Assembly (NCBI GenBank): GCA_043821285.1
Contig: JBDRCZ010000040.1
Coordinates: forward strand, 582 to 64,581
Source: Candidatus Omnitrophota bacterium
Lineage (GTDB): Bacteria > Omnitrophota > Gorgyraeia > B26-G9 > JBDRCZ01
DNA length: 64,000 nt
Reading direction: 5' to 3'
The position numbers and the translations under genes are program-made. Shown here piece after piece: positions 48,956 through 58,191 of the stretch (position 1 is the first letter of the stretch; each line of letters opens with the position of its first letter). The notes under the pieces were generated by a model. The model searched no databases. It saw nothing but the letters and a program-made list of their open reading frames with translations, and was not told where the DNA came from.

Positions 48956-51877
48956 ATGAAATATAAAATTTGGTTTAAACTAATAGCCGTTGTCTTAATC
49001 AACGCTTTTTTCTGCCTGGACATCACCTGTGCTGCCGGCGGCAACATGAAAGATCTCTCCACTCACCTCTCTCCTGCGCTTTCAATTGATAATAAAAGCG
49101 TTAAGGGCTACTTTACACAACCTCCACAAATAAATACAAATATGCCCCAACCTATACCTGAAGACCTAATTGACAAGTTAAAAGGTTGGGGAAAGAGACA
49201 TTCTAAATTCGAGTCCCTTCTTAAAAAAACCATAAACAGCAAAACAACTGAACCAATTGCCGAAAAAATACGAGAGTTAAATGCACATATTGCCCAGGAA
49301 AACTGGCAGGCAGGCATAGTTCTTTGTATTGAAATTTTTCAACTCTTGGAGAAGCTACGAACATGGAGCATGGTGTGGCATGTGGAGTTTCACGACAAGA
49401 GTGATTTTTTACTACTTAAAATACTTAAATCAATAACGGCAATTTCCCCTCTGCTGTCGGCGAAAAAATCTACTACTCCTCTTTCCTCTTCACCACCAGA
49501 TCTTACCTATGACACCCATAATCAGCATATCGATCCTTTGATTAAAATTGCAATAGAACAATATCAAGAAGACCCTCAACAACCCTCAACCAGACCATAT
49601 ACTATAGCAGACAACGCAATACAGCTTGTGCAAACTTTCTTGGACCATGCTGGATTATTGTCTTTAAAGAACCTCTTTGAAGCCGAAGTTAAAGCAGAAC
49701 GAGTATGGCGCATTGATAACCGTCCGCAAGATGTAAATGCTGATGGCCATGCTGGTCCAATGGGGATTTATGTGTTTAATCCTGCTAACCAAGAAATGAC
49801 ACCTAAAGATAGAGATATATGGGAAGCTGGTGTATTAGTCCATGAACTTATTGCTAAAGCTGGTTCTACTCATGTTAACGCCGCAGCAATAGAAGAAATC
49901 TTTGAAGAATATATTGATAGAGACAGAACTGTACCGCATATAATGACACGCCTTCAAGAAAAAAATCTCACTGCTGTGTGGAAAGAATTAACCACTATAC
50001 AAGCGTGGCCAGAACTTCCTAAAGGTAACGGTGCAGAAAAATCCCGCGACATGGCAATGGCTCGGGCTGAAGATTATTTATATCGAGAAGAAAAAGAAAC
50101 ACCCTCTCATCCTGCCCTGTGGCAACGCACAATAGACTCAATTATAGAAAGATGCAACAATATCGGTGCTAATAACATTATCGATATTCTTTTCCAAATC
50201 AGGCTGCATAGATTAACACAAAGTTCCCAGATGCAAAGAGTCCTTTTAAACTTGGCTGATATCATTGATAATACACGAGCACTTGAGGATTTTGTTAAGC
50301 CTGAAAATTTTGCTTCCTTATATCATCGCTTATCAGATCCTGAAAAAGAGCTTATAGATTATATATTGCATAAGTTAGAACGCTTTAGAAGAACGCGACA
50401 ATTAACAGGGTCCCTACAGGAAGAATATATTATAGAATGGACAGAAAGGGGAAAAATTAAAATACGGGCAGAAGACGGAGAAATTTTTACATTTGAACAA
50501 ACATATATGCCTTGTGGCAGACAGATTACCGTTTACAACGGAAACAATACGATTATTGGCCATTGTGATTTTACTTTAGCCAAAGATTACTACGATAAAA
50601 TTGTGCAGGGAAAAGAACTATGGCCCGATAACGTTCAGGATAAGTTTAAAGTCAGAGTTGACGAAAAGTATAAAAAGCGTGGTATTCAATTAGTGCTTAT
50701 CAGCTTATTTATTATTACTGCCCGCAATACAAGGCTTAGTCAAATTGAATTAATTACAAGTCATGAAGAGACTACAGCAATTTTAATGAACTGTGGTTTT
50801 CAGAAAACAGAAAGAGACTCTACTAATGCCAGCTATTTATACAACCTTAAAGAAGAGCAAGCAATCCCATTAATAATGATTAGTGCACCAGAGGTCGTAG
50901 AACAATTGGAGGCATTGTTAGACGAACAATCGAAAGAGTTTATCCGTTTAGCCCTATTAATAGGTTATCAACAATATGGCATCAGCAAAGCAGATATAGA
51001 TAGAATAATTGAAGTATTACTTGAAAACAAAGATAATCCAGAAAGAGCCGCAAATATTATTAGAACTGAATTAGACTATGGCTGGTATCATAATTATAGA
51101 AGCAGCCAGCGGCCTATTATGGAATTAGAACTTATTCAGCAACATATAAGCTCTGGAACATTTGTCGACGTTGGTGGTGGATACCCAGGAGCTCTCGTAA
51201 ATGCAATTGCTAATGACCCGAGAGTTGAAAAAGTAATCGTTACTGATATTGAAGAAGAATATGCTCAATCTCAGGATGGTCCAACTATTTTATTTATCAC
51301 CCATTTCCAAGATAATATTTTTTATGTACCGCTTCCCCCTATTGCCGATACTATCTTATTAAAATATGTGCTTCATCATATTAATAATGCTAGATTAAAA
51401 AAATTTTTGCAAGATATCTTCCGTGTCTTAAAACCTGGTGGACGGGTAATTATATTTGAAGATAGTTATTCAGAGCACATGCCACCTGAACTTGGTAATA
51501 GCCAATTAATAGAAAAATTTTCAGGTCTGAGCAATGCGCAAAAAACGAAATTCCTACGTTTTAGTGACTGGTTTTCCAATAGAGTTGCCATAGGCATCCC
51601 AGGAATACCCATGCCATTTAATTTTAAATCGATAGAACAATGGCAGAACATATTTGAAGAAATAGGGTTTCATGTGGAACCGCAATATATTGGCTTTCTT
51701 GAAAACAAGGCACATCAGGTTCCTTTAGCTTTTATGGTCTTAACAAAACCAATAAATGACAATGCTAAATCAACAACTGCTCATCCTAATCTACCTGCCA
51801 CTAATATTCTCTTTGATACTCCACAGATAGATAACATACAGCTTAAAGATTTATCATTTGTGCAGGAAGCAATCTAA
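48956..51877 (+). CDS. Secreted multidomain protein, family member F (973 aa): zincin-like, GNAT acetyltransferase, SAM methyltransferase
   Basis: MKYKIWFKLIAVVLINAFFCLDITCAAGGNMKDLSTHLSPAL; GHAG..GIY..LVHELIAKAGSTH; VDEKYKKRGI..NCGF (GNAT); FVDVGGG..LKYVLHH..RVLKPGGRVIIFE; ends FVQEAI. Confidence 0.92.
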   Translation: MKYKIWFKLIAVVLINAFFCLDITCAAGGNMKDLSTHLSPALSIDNKSVKGYFTQPPQINTNMPQPIPEDLIDKLKGWGKRHSKFESLLKKTINSKTTEPIAEKIRELNAHIAQENWQAGIVLCIEIFQLLEKLRTWSMVWHVEFHDKSDFLLLKILKSITAISPLLSAKKSTTPLSSSPPDLTYDTHNQHIDPLIKIAIEQYQEDPQQPSTRPYTIADNAIQLVQTFLDHAGLLSLKNLFEAEVKAERVWRIDNRPQDVNADGHAGPMGIYVFNPANQEMTPKDRDIWEAGVLVHELIAKAGSTHVNAAAIEEIFEEYIDRDRTVPHIMTRLQEKNLTAVWKELTTIQAWPELPKGNGAEKSRDMAMARAEDYLYREEKETPSHPALWQRTIDSIIERCNNIGANNIIDILFQIRLHRLTQSSQMQRVLLNLADIIDNTRALEDFVKPENFASLYHRLSDPEKELIDYILHKLERFRRTRQLTGSLQEEYIIEWTERGKIKIRAEDGEIFTFEQTYMPCGRQITVYNGNNTIIGHCDFTLAKDYYDKIVQGKELWPDNVQDKFKVRVDEKYKKRGIQLVLISLFIITARNTRLSQIELITSHEETTAILMNCGFQKTERDSTNASYLYNLKEEQAIPLIMISAPEVVEQLEALLDEQSKEFIRLALLIGYQQYGISKADIDRIIEVLLENKDNPERAANIIRTELDYGWYHNYRSSQRPIMELELIQQHISSGTFVDVGGGYPGALVNAIANDPRVEKVIVTDIEEEYAQSQDGPTILFITHFQDNIFYVPLPPIADTILLKYVLHHINNARLKKFLQDIFRVLKPGGRVIIFEDSYSEHMPPELGNSQLIEKFSGLSNAQKTKFLRFSDWFSNRVAIGIPGIPMPFNFKSIEQWQNIFEEIGFHVEPQYIGFLENKAHQVPLAFMVLTKPINDNAKSTTAHPNLPATNILFDTPQIDNIQLKDLSFVQEAI

Positions 51878-51901
51878 AAAAGCTGCCTATCGGCAGCTTT
51901 T
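51878..51901. terminator. Intrinsic (possibly bidirectional) terminator
   Basis: AAAAGCTGCC-TATC-GGCAGCTTTT immediately after the stop codon of member F. Confidence 0.8.
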
Positions 51902-52053
51902 AATTTACCTCCCTGACGGAAGGCAAGTAGTTTACAGTTCTTTATCGAAAAACAGGTCGTTTACTTATTTATATCTGGATTATCTGCGGGTAAAAGATAA
52001 ATAAAAATTTTAGTACAGATACTCATTTTATAATTCTTGCAACAAAGTTTTAC

Positions 52054-52314
52054 TCATAAAATCCGTTTTTGGAAATGCTCTCTTATGTCATTCAGATCAA
52101 CTAAATCAACATCGTCATCTACCACCATAGAAATTTTCCCGTAATATTTAAAAAAGTCCTTTGCCTTAATTCCTTCTACGGCGATATCAATATCCTGGAC
52201 TGTTTCAACGTTTTCAAGACAAGAACCAAACAAAAACACTTTTCCCACATCAAACTCTCTACTGATCTTTTTTATTTCCGCTAACTCTTTATCTAAAACT
52301 TCTTTTTTCATCAT
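52054..52314 (-). CDS. Minimal nucleotidyltransferase (MNT antitoxin-like), possibly 3'-truncated, no HEPN partner
   Basis: FLFGS..DIDIAV..VDLVDL. Confidence 0.8.
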   Translation of the reverse strand: MMKKEVLDKELAEIKKISREFDVGKVFLFGSCLENVETVQDIDIAVEGIKAKDFFKYYGKISMVVDDDVDLVDLNDIREHFQKRIL

Positions 52315-52539
52315 TCACCTCTTATGCTTTTAAAATTTCTTCTATTATAACAATTATTATATCTGTGTTCTCAACGGCTGAGGGGATTATAACAACAATA
52401 TGGTCAGATTATATCTTTATTTTATTCCTTCCCTTTTACCTTGTCAACGTTTGTCGTGTCCGTGGCGCGTAGAAAGGGGACCTGTTCATTTATCCCCCCC
52501 CTTCGTAATAGTTCCGTGTCAAAAAATATGTAAAGTTTT

Positions 52540-52690
52540 ACCGAGTAAAACAATGGCTCGAGATAGTTTATGTTAAGTATATCAGTTTCTGTCCCTTTCG
52601 GTTGACAGTGGCTAACTATCTTATCTTTGCTCTGTTTCCATTGCCCGCTCTAAAATTCCGTACGTCGTGGTTTCCCTAATACGGCTTCAA
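52540..52690 (-). mobile_element. Group II intron 3' remnant (domains V and VI)
   Basis: GAAGCCGTATTAGGGAAACCACGACGTACGGAATTTTA (DV-like, AGC triad, GAAA loop), then GAGCGGGCAATGG...CCATTGTTTT(A)CTCGGT (DVI stem with bulged A). No RT ORF. Confidence 0.65.
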
Positions 52691-52759
52691 ACAATATTTC
52701 TTCTCGATACCTTCCTGTTTATTTTATCTTGGTTTTCATCAAGTCTTCGCTTTTATTTT

Positions 52760-53320
52760 TCAAAAATTTTCCTTAATTTCTATCTTGTCTATGGGGCAGA
52801 TATACTTACAGGCGCCGCATCCAATACAAAAATCTGAAAGCCGATCAAACGGGGTCTGAACCCTCCTCTTTACACCCCGCCAGGCAAAATTTATTGCCTC
52901 CCGGCCAGCAATCTCCGCGCATACACGCACACATAATCCGCAATTGAGACAGTTAGTTTCGTCATTTAGTTTAATCCGCGTTTTTTCTACCCCATACTCT
53001 GCTGCCAGCGCCTTAAGTTTTTCAGACTCTGGAGAACGTGCCAGCAGAAGCTCGAAAATAATCCTGCGTGTCTTTTTAACCTTTTCTGTATCAGTCTTAA
53101 TAACTAATCCCTCAGTAACTTTATAAACACAAGCGGCCTCAAGTCCATTGTTTTCCCCGGTAATTATCTCTACCAGACAGAGCCGGCAAGCGCCATAAGG
53201 CGTTAATTCTTTATGAAAACATAAAGTTGGTATCTTTATACCAATATCCGCAGATACTTCAAGGATCGTCTTTCCTTCTTTTACCTTTAGTCTTTTATCG
53301 TTAATCGCAATATTAATCAT
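52760..53320 (-). CDS. NuoG/HydA N-terminal-like iron-sulfur protein (2Fe-2S + 2x4Fe-4S)
   Basis: IPTLC..GACRLCLVE..AAC; CLNCGLCVRVC; CIGCGACKYICP. Confidence 0.88.
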   Translation of the reverse strand: MINIAINDKRLKVKEGKTILEVSADIGIKIPTLCFHKELTPYGACRLCLVEIITGENNGLEAACVYKVTEGLVIKTDTEKVKKTRRIIFELLLARSPESEKLKALAAEYGVEKTRIKLNDETNCLNCGLCVRVCAEIAGREAINFAWRGVKRRVQTPFDRLSDFCIGCGACKYICPIDKIEIKENF

Positions 53321-53376
53321 AATAATTTACCCTTGTTATTGCTTTCGTGCACGGGAATTAATTGGGTTTATCTCTT

Positions 53377-55656
53377 TTAATAAAAACCGCACCTTTTTGC
53401 TAAACAACGCCGTTCCTTAATTTGTATTTCATATTCATCACGAAAATAACGCAAGGTGTCCAGTAATGTATTCGGCAATGTCCGGCCAAATCCGCATATC
53501 GAAGTCTCTTTGATTGCCTGAGAAATATCTATAAGTAAATTTATGTCTTGTTCTTCGCCTTGTCCGCGGCATATTCTTTCAAGAATTTTAAGTAAAGCCG
53601 TAGATCCATCTCTACAGGAAGAACATTTTCCGCAGGATTCTTCATGTGCAAACTCAATAAGATACCTGGCGATATCTACGATACAAGTATCTTCATCCAC
53701 GACAATTATTCCGCCGGAACCTAAAACTATCCCCGCGGCTGCCAATTTTTCATAGTCTACCGGCAGTTCGAGTAAACTTAACGGGATACAACCCCCAGCA
53801 GGACCACCAATAAGTACCGCCTTAATTTTTTTCCCCTCTAAAACACCGCCGCCAATATCAAAAATGATTTTCTTTAAGCTAATCCCCATCGGCACTTCAA
53901 GTAAACCTGGTTTTTTTATTTTGCCAACCAGTGAAAATATCTTTGTCCCTTTACTCTTTTCTGTCCCGATGCGGCAAAACCAATCTGCGCCTCGGGCAAT
54001 GATTACGGGAATCGTTGCCCAGGTTTCCACATTATTAACAACCGTCGGACTTGCCCATAATCCTGATTGTGCCGGATACGGCGGCTTATTTCTGGGTTCA
54101 GGCAGCCGCCCCTCGATTGAAGCAATCAAAGCCGTTTCTTCCCCGCAAATAAACGCACCCGCACCTTGTTTAATATGGAGAGCAAAACTAAAATCCGTAT
54201 TAAATATATTTTCACCAAGCACCCCATGCTCTTTTGCCTGTGCCACAGCAATTTGTAATCTCCGAACTGCGGTCTGATATTCTGACCGAACATAAATATA
54301 TCCCTGTCTGGCGCCGACAGCCCTTGCCCCAATAATCATACCCTCTAATATCGCATGCGGGTCAGACTCAAGGATACACCGATTAGTATATGAGCCAGGA
54401 TTACCTTCGTCGGCATTACAGATTACATATTTTGTTTCCCCGGGATATTTTTTGCACAATTCCCATTTTATCCCGGCAGGAAATCCTTCACCCCCGCGTC
54501 CACGCAGACCTGATTTTTTTATTTCATTTATTATCTCCGCCGGCTGCATTTCGCCCAGCGCCTTTGCTAATGCCCGATACCCGTCCCGAGCAATATAGTC
54601 ATCAATTCGCTCGGGATTAATCTTTCCGCTATTTCTTAAAATTACCCCGGTTTGATGAATAAAAAAATCAGTATCACTTATCTCCGGGATAGATTTTTTT
54701 TCACTTCTTTTATACATCTCCAGTAATTCCCGCACCTTCTGCCCGGTCATTGAACCGTAGATATTTTCATTAATCTTTATTACCGGCGCAACCGCACAAC
54801 ATCCCAAACATCTGACCGTCTCTAAAGTAAACCGCATATCCCGCGTTGTCTCGCCTGTTTTGATCCCCAGTTTTTCTTCAATTACCGTAAGAAGCTCTTT
54901 TGCCCCTTTTAGATAACAGGTGGTTCCCAGACAAAGTCTGATCAGATATTTTCCTCTCGGTCGCAGGCTTAAGCGATCGTAAAAAGTAGTAATGCCGAAT
55001 ACCTCACTTAAACTCATCCGAAAATTTTTAGCTATCGCCTTTAATGCCCCCTCCGGTAAGTAACCAAAATGTTGATTAGTCTCCTGTAAGGCAGCCAATA
55101 ACGCATCTCTTTTACCTGGTTTATATGCTTCAATTATTGTCGTTAGTTTCCGGTTGTCGGCAGAAGAAAGTTTTACCCTCCTTATATCTGGCGGATTGTG
55201 TTTTTGGCTATTTATGATAAATTGCCATTTAAGTGCCGGGTCGTAGGTTTTGTTTTTTACGATGTTTTTAACCGTAGTTAAATAATCAGGAATATAAATT
55301 TCTAGGTCGTCTTTTATCTTTACCTGACAGGCCAGGCGCATGCCGCTGCGTTTTTCCTCCTGGCTGATAAACCCTTCTTCCGTCGGTAACATCTCTCCTC
55401 CGCCGTTTAATACCCGCACTTTACAATATCCGCAAGCTGCCCGGCCGGCGCATGAACCGGCAATATTAATCCTATTTTCTATTAAATAAGAATGTAAATA
55501 TCCTCCCCCGGCGACAAAAAATTCACGTTTTACACCATTTTCGTTAACAGTTATCTTGCACTCGCCATAATTAATAAGTAATCTATCGGCAATAGCAAGT
55601 AAACCCGTAATTACCAATAGAAACAAATCAATGATTATTACCGGTAGAAAAATCAT
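53377..55656 (-). CDS. Fusion: NqrF-like membrane anchor + 2Fe-2S, NuoE-like, NuoF-like NADH/FMN-binding domain
   Basis: N-terminal TM; CAGRAACGYC..RLACQ; CLGTTC..CLGCC; SGLRGRGGEGFP, CNADEGNPG, GAGAFICGEETAL, ESCGKCSSCR, SICGFG. Confidence 0.88.
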   Translation of the reverse strand: MIFLPVIIIDLFLLVITGLLAIADRLLINYGECKITVNENGVKREFFVAGGGYLHSYLIENRINIAGSCAGRAACGYCKVRVLNGGGEMLPTEEGFISQEEKRSGMRLACQVKIKDDLEIYIPDYLTTVKNIVKNKTYDPALKWQFIINSQKHNPPDIRRVKLSSADNRKLTTIIEAYKPGKRDALLAALQETNQHFGYLPEGALKAIAKNFRMSLSEVFGITTFYDRLSLRPRGKYLIRLCLGTTCYLKGAKELLTVIEEKLGIKTGETTRDMRFTLETVRCLGCCAVAPVIKINENIYGSMTGQKVRELLEMYKRSEKKSIPEISDTDFFIHQTGVILRNSGKINPERIDDYIARDGYRALAKALGEMQPAEIINEIKKSGLRGRGGEGFPAGIKWELCKKYPGETKYVICNADEGNPGSYTNRCILESDPHAILEGMIIGARAVGARQGYIYVRSEYQTAVRRLQIAVAQAKEHGVLGENIFNTDFSFALHIKQGAGAFICGEETALIASIEGRLPEPRNKPPYPAQSGLWASPTVVNNVETWATIPVIIARGADWFCRIGTEKSKGTKIFSLVGKIKKPGLLEVPMGISLKKIIFDIGGGVLEGKKIKAVLIGGPAGGCIPLSLLELPVDYEKLAAAGIVLGSGGIIVVDEDTCIVDIARYLIEFAHEESCGKCSSCRDGSTALLKILERICRGQGEEQDINLLIDISQAIKETSICGFGRTLPNTLLDTLRYFRDEYEIQIKERRCLAKRCGFY

Positions 55657-55710
55657 TGCCCCGTCCTAATAAAAAAATTTGGTTCTGTCAAAAACTTTCG
55701 TATATTTTTT

Positions 55711-56124
55711 AAGTACCCATAGGGCACAAGCAACCACAGATTTCACAGATTAAAATGATTTTTTTCTTTTAATAAATCATCTCTATAAATCTGTGGTGAT
55801 TTAATCTATACTCATAACTTTAAAAATTTACTTTATTATCCGCTTATATTCTAACGATGCTCTTCCAAAGTTGAACAGTAATCCGTTCCGTTTTGTGCCG
55901 CCTTTAGATAATTATGTACTTATGCCTCATCTATCTTCATAACTCCTTTAGTGGCATTTAGTTCTACTAATACTATCCCCTCAACTATAAAATCTGCCTC
56001 TTATTCTTTATATGGATAATCTTTCTCTCTTTTATTCACCACAGATTTTCTCGGATTTCCTCCCCCCTGCAAATATTTATAACTATCTGCGTAATCTGTG
56101 GTTGCTTGTGCCCTATGGGTGCTT
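55711..56124. mobile_element. Inverted-repeat-bounded element carrying a GxxExxY pseudogene
   Basis: 28-bp perfect IR ACCCATAGGGCACAAGCAACCACAGATT (55715-55742 / 56093-56120). Confidence 0.75.
55828..56039 (-). pseudogene. GxxExxY (PD-(D/E)XK-like) family pseudogene
   Basis: MNKREKDYPYKE*EADFIVEGIVLVELNA..IDEA*VHNYLKA /frameshift/ GLLFNFGRASLEYKRIIK*; the N-terminal half with the GxxExxY motif is missing. Confidence 0.8.
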
Positions 56125-56261
56125 CTCGGTTTTTCATAACACTTTTGACACTACCAAAAAATTTCCGCTGCTGCCAAGTATCTCTGAATTTTTTTATATT
56201 GTACCCACCCCGGCGCCATTCATCCCCGCTGTTTGTTTTGAAAAATACTGGTACGATTTTC

Positions 56262-56852
56262 TTAAAACATACCTCTAAACCCTAAAAATGCCAACGCCAT
56301 AATTCCGGCAATAATCATAACAATCCCCGGACCTTTAAGTCCTTTGGGGATGTCGGCAATTAATTTGAGTTTTTCATTTATTGCCGCAACAATGATTATC
56401 GCCAGCATCCAGCCTGCTGCCGCACCTACGGAAAAAACCATGGTCTGAATGTAGGTATATTTTCTAAGCACGATAAAAAGAGAAACTGCGAGCACAGTAC
56501 AATTTACGGTTATTAAAGGGAGAAATATCCCAAACCCTGCCTCCCCTGCCGGAAAAAACCGTTCAAAAATCATTTCAACCAATTGCACCGAACCGGCAAT
56601 CACAATAATAAATATCATATAATAAATAACCTCGCTTCCGGTAGGAACTAAAATCAGGTGATAGACCGGCCAGTTAATCGCCGCGGTTATGGTCACGACA
56701 AATATTACCGCCGCCCCCATGCCTAATGCCGTATTTAAGCTGCGGGATAAAGAAATAAACGGACACATCCCTAACAGATAAGTCAGGGCAATATTCTGGG
56801 TCAAAACTGCCGCCATAAAAATACCCCATAATGATGTGCTTTCGAATGCCAT
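56262..56852 (-). CDS. rnfA: Rnf/Nqr membrane subunit (RnfA/NqrE-like)
   Basis: LGMCPFI, GIFLPLITVNC, GIMALAFLGF. Confidence 0.85.
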   Translation of the reverse strand: MAFESTSLWGIFMAAVLTQNIALTYLLGMCPFISLSRSLNTALGMGAAVIFVVTITAAINWPVYHLILVPTGSEVIYYMIFIIVIAGSVQLVEMIFERFFPAGEAGFGIFLPLITVNCTVLAVSLFIVLRKYTYIQTMVFSVGAAAGWMLAIIIVAAINEKLKLIADIPKGLKGPGIVMIIAGIMALAFLGFRGMF

Positions 56853-56853
56853 A

Positions 56854-57471
56854 TTATTGCTTTCTTTCCCTTTGGCGGGGCATAATCCATAAAAAAACCG
56901 CTAACAGGAAAAATGCCCCCGGCGCCATAGACATAACGGTCCAGTTTATCCATCCCCGCGGCATGACTTCAATTCCGAGCAATGTCCCGAACCCGAAAAG
57001 TTCACGCACAATGGAAATAATAATCAGCGTATAAGTATAACTTATGCCATTAGCCAGGGCATCCAGTAATGAGAGTGAAACTCTCTGCCGGATATAAAAC
57101 GCCTCCGCCCTTCCCATGATTATACAATTGGTAATAATAAGCCCAATATAAGGATTAATCGCCTCACTAATTTCAGGATAAAATGCCTTGAGTAATCTAT
57201 CTACGATAATTACAAAAGAAGAAATCGTGATCATATAAGTAATCATTCTTACCCGCGGGAGAATTAAGTTTCTCAGCATTGATATAATTAACGCCGTAGC
57301 CAAGAGAACAAAACTAACCCCGGCACCCATTGCCAGAGCATTTTCCAATTTATTCGTTATTGCTAAAGCAGAACATATGCCCAGCCCCAGTGAACAGACC
57401 GGATGATTAGACCACAAACCAGCTTTTATCGTCTGATAACCTTCTACTCCTAAAATTTTTCTTAGCGTCAC
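56854..57471 (-). CDS. rnfE: Rnf/Nqr membrane subunit (RnfE/NqrD-like)
   Basis: LGICSALAIT, GLIITNCIIMGRAEAF, APGAFF. Confidence 0.85.
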   Translation of the reverse strand: MTLRKILGVEGYQTIKAGLWSNHPVCSLGLGICSALAITNKLENALAMGAGVSFVLLATALIISMLRNLILPRVRMITYMITISSFVIIVDRLLKAFYPEISEAINPYIGLIITNCIIMGRAEAFYIRQRVSLSLLDALANGISYTYTLIIISIVRELFGFGTLLGIEVMPRGWINWTVMSMAPGAFFLLAVFLWIMPRQRERKQ

Positions 57472-58052
57472 TATTTTTCTTCCTCGGTAATAAGCTGAAT
57501 GTTCCGTTCAAACCGCCGATTTAATATCTTTTCAAATGCCTTACAGCTTAACGTTGCTCCGGCAATTACATCTACGCTGTTTTCTTTGGCATTATTATCC
57601 GAAGCTAATCCTGCCGACTTTGGTGAAATAGTCTTGCCTTTGAAGCTACGCAAATAATCATCCTCGCTAATTCTTCCCCCGAGACCCGGGGTTTCTTCCT
57701 GATAAATAATTTTTATTCCTTTAATTGTTTTTAAATCCGGCAAAAACGAAATAACCCCGTAAATCGGCCCCCATAGCCCGGCGCCAGAAAATTCAAAGGC
57801 AACCTCTTTTTTCCGGTTGATATAAAATATACCGCCGTCTTTTTTCAGTGTTCTGATATTGGCCGTAAATACCTCTTCCAGATCCTGTTTACCACTAGCA
57901 ATGCCAAACACATCCAGCATGCTGCGCTTCAGTTTCCATGCCTCATTTTTGGCAATTATTGGTTTGGTATAATAATCCACCCCTACGACTAACCCGGTTA
58001 ATAGTGTTCCTAAAACCAAAACAAAAATTACCATGAAAATTTTTTCTTTCAT
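57471..58052 (-). CDS. rnfG: FMN-binding subunit (RnfG/NqrC-like)
   Basis: GAGLWGPIYG, ETPGLGGRI, VDVIAGATLS flavinylation motif. Confidence 0.85.
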   Translation of the reverse strand: MKEKIFMVIFVLVLGTLLTGLVVGVDYYTKPIIAKNEAWKLKRSMLDVFGIASGKQDLEEVFTANIRTLKKDGGIFYINRKKEVAFEFSGAGLWGPIYGVISFLPDLKTIKGIKIIYQEETPGLGGRISEDDYLRSFKGKTISPKSAGLASDNNAKENSVDVIAGATLSCKAFEKILNRRFERNIQLITEEEK

Positions 58053-58191
58053 TGTCTTTAATTTCTGCCCAGCTCATTCCGTCATTTCCATCTTGCGGCC
58101 GGAAAGAGTCATTTAAATTTTATCCCAAATTTTCATATGCACCAAAAAGATATATGCAAATTCCGGGATACCAGGGTAACAAGTCTAAATC

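Noticed and set aside
52760-55656. Electron-bifurcating [FeFe]-hydrogenase HydABC
   Set aside because: The small subunit has no H-cluster domain, and the NuoF-like part ends without the C-terminal 2x[4Fe-4S] domain typical of HydB.
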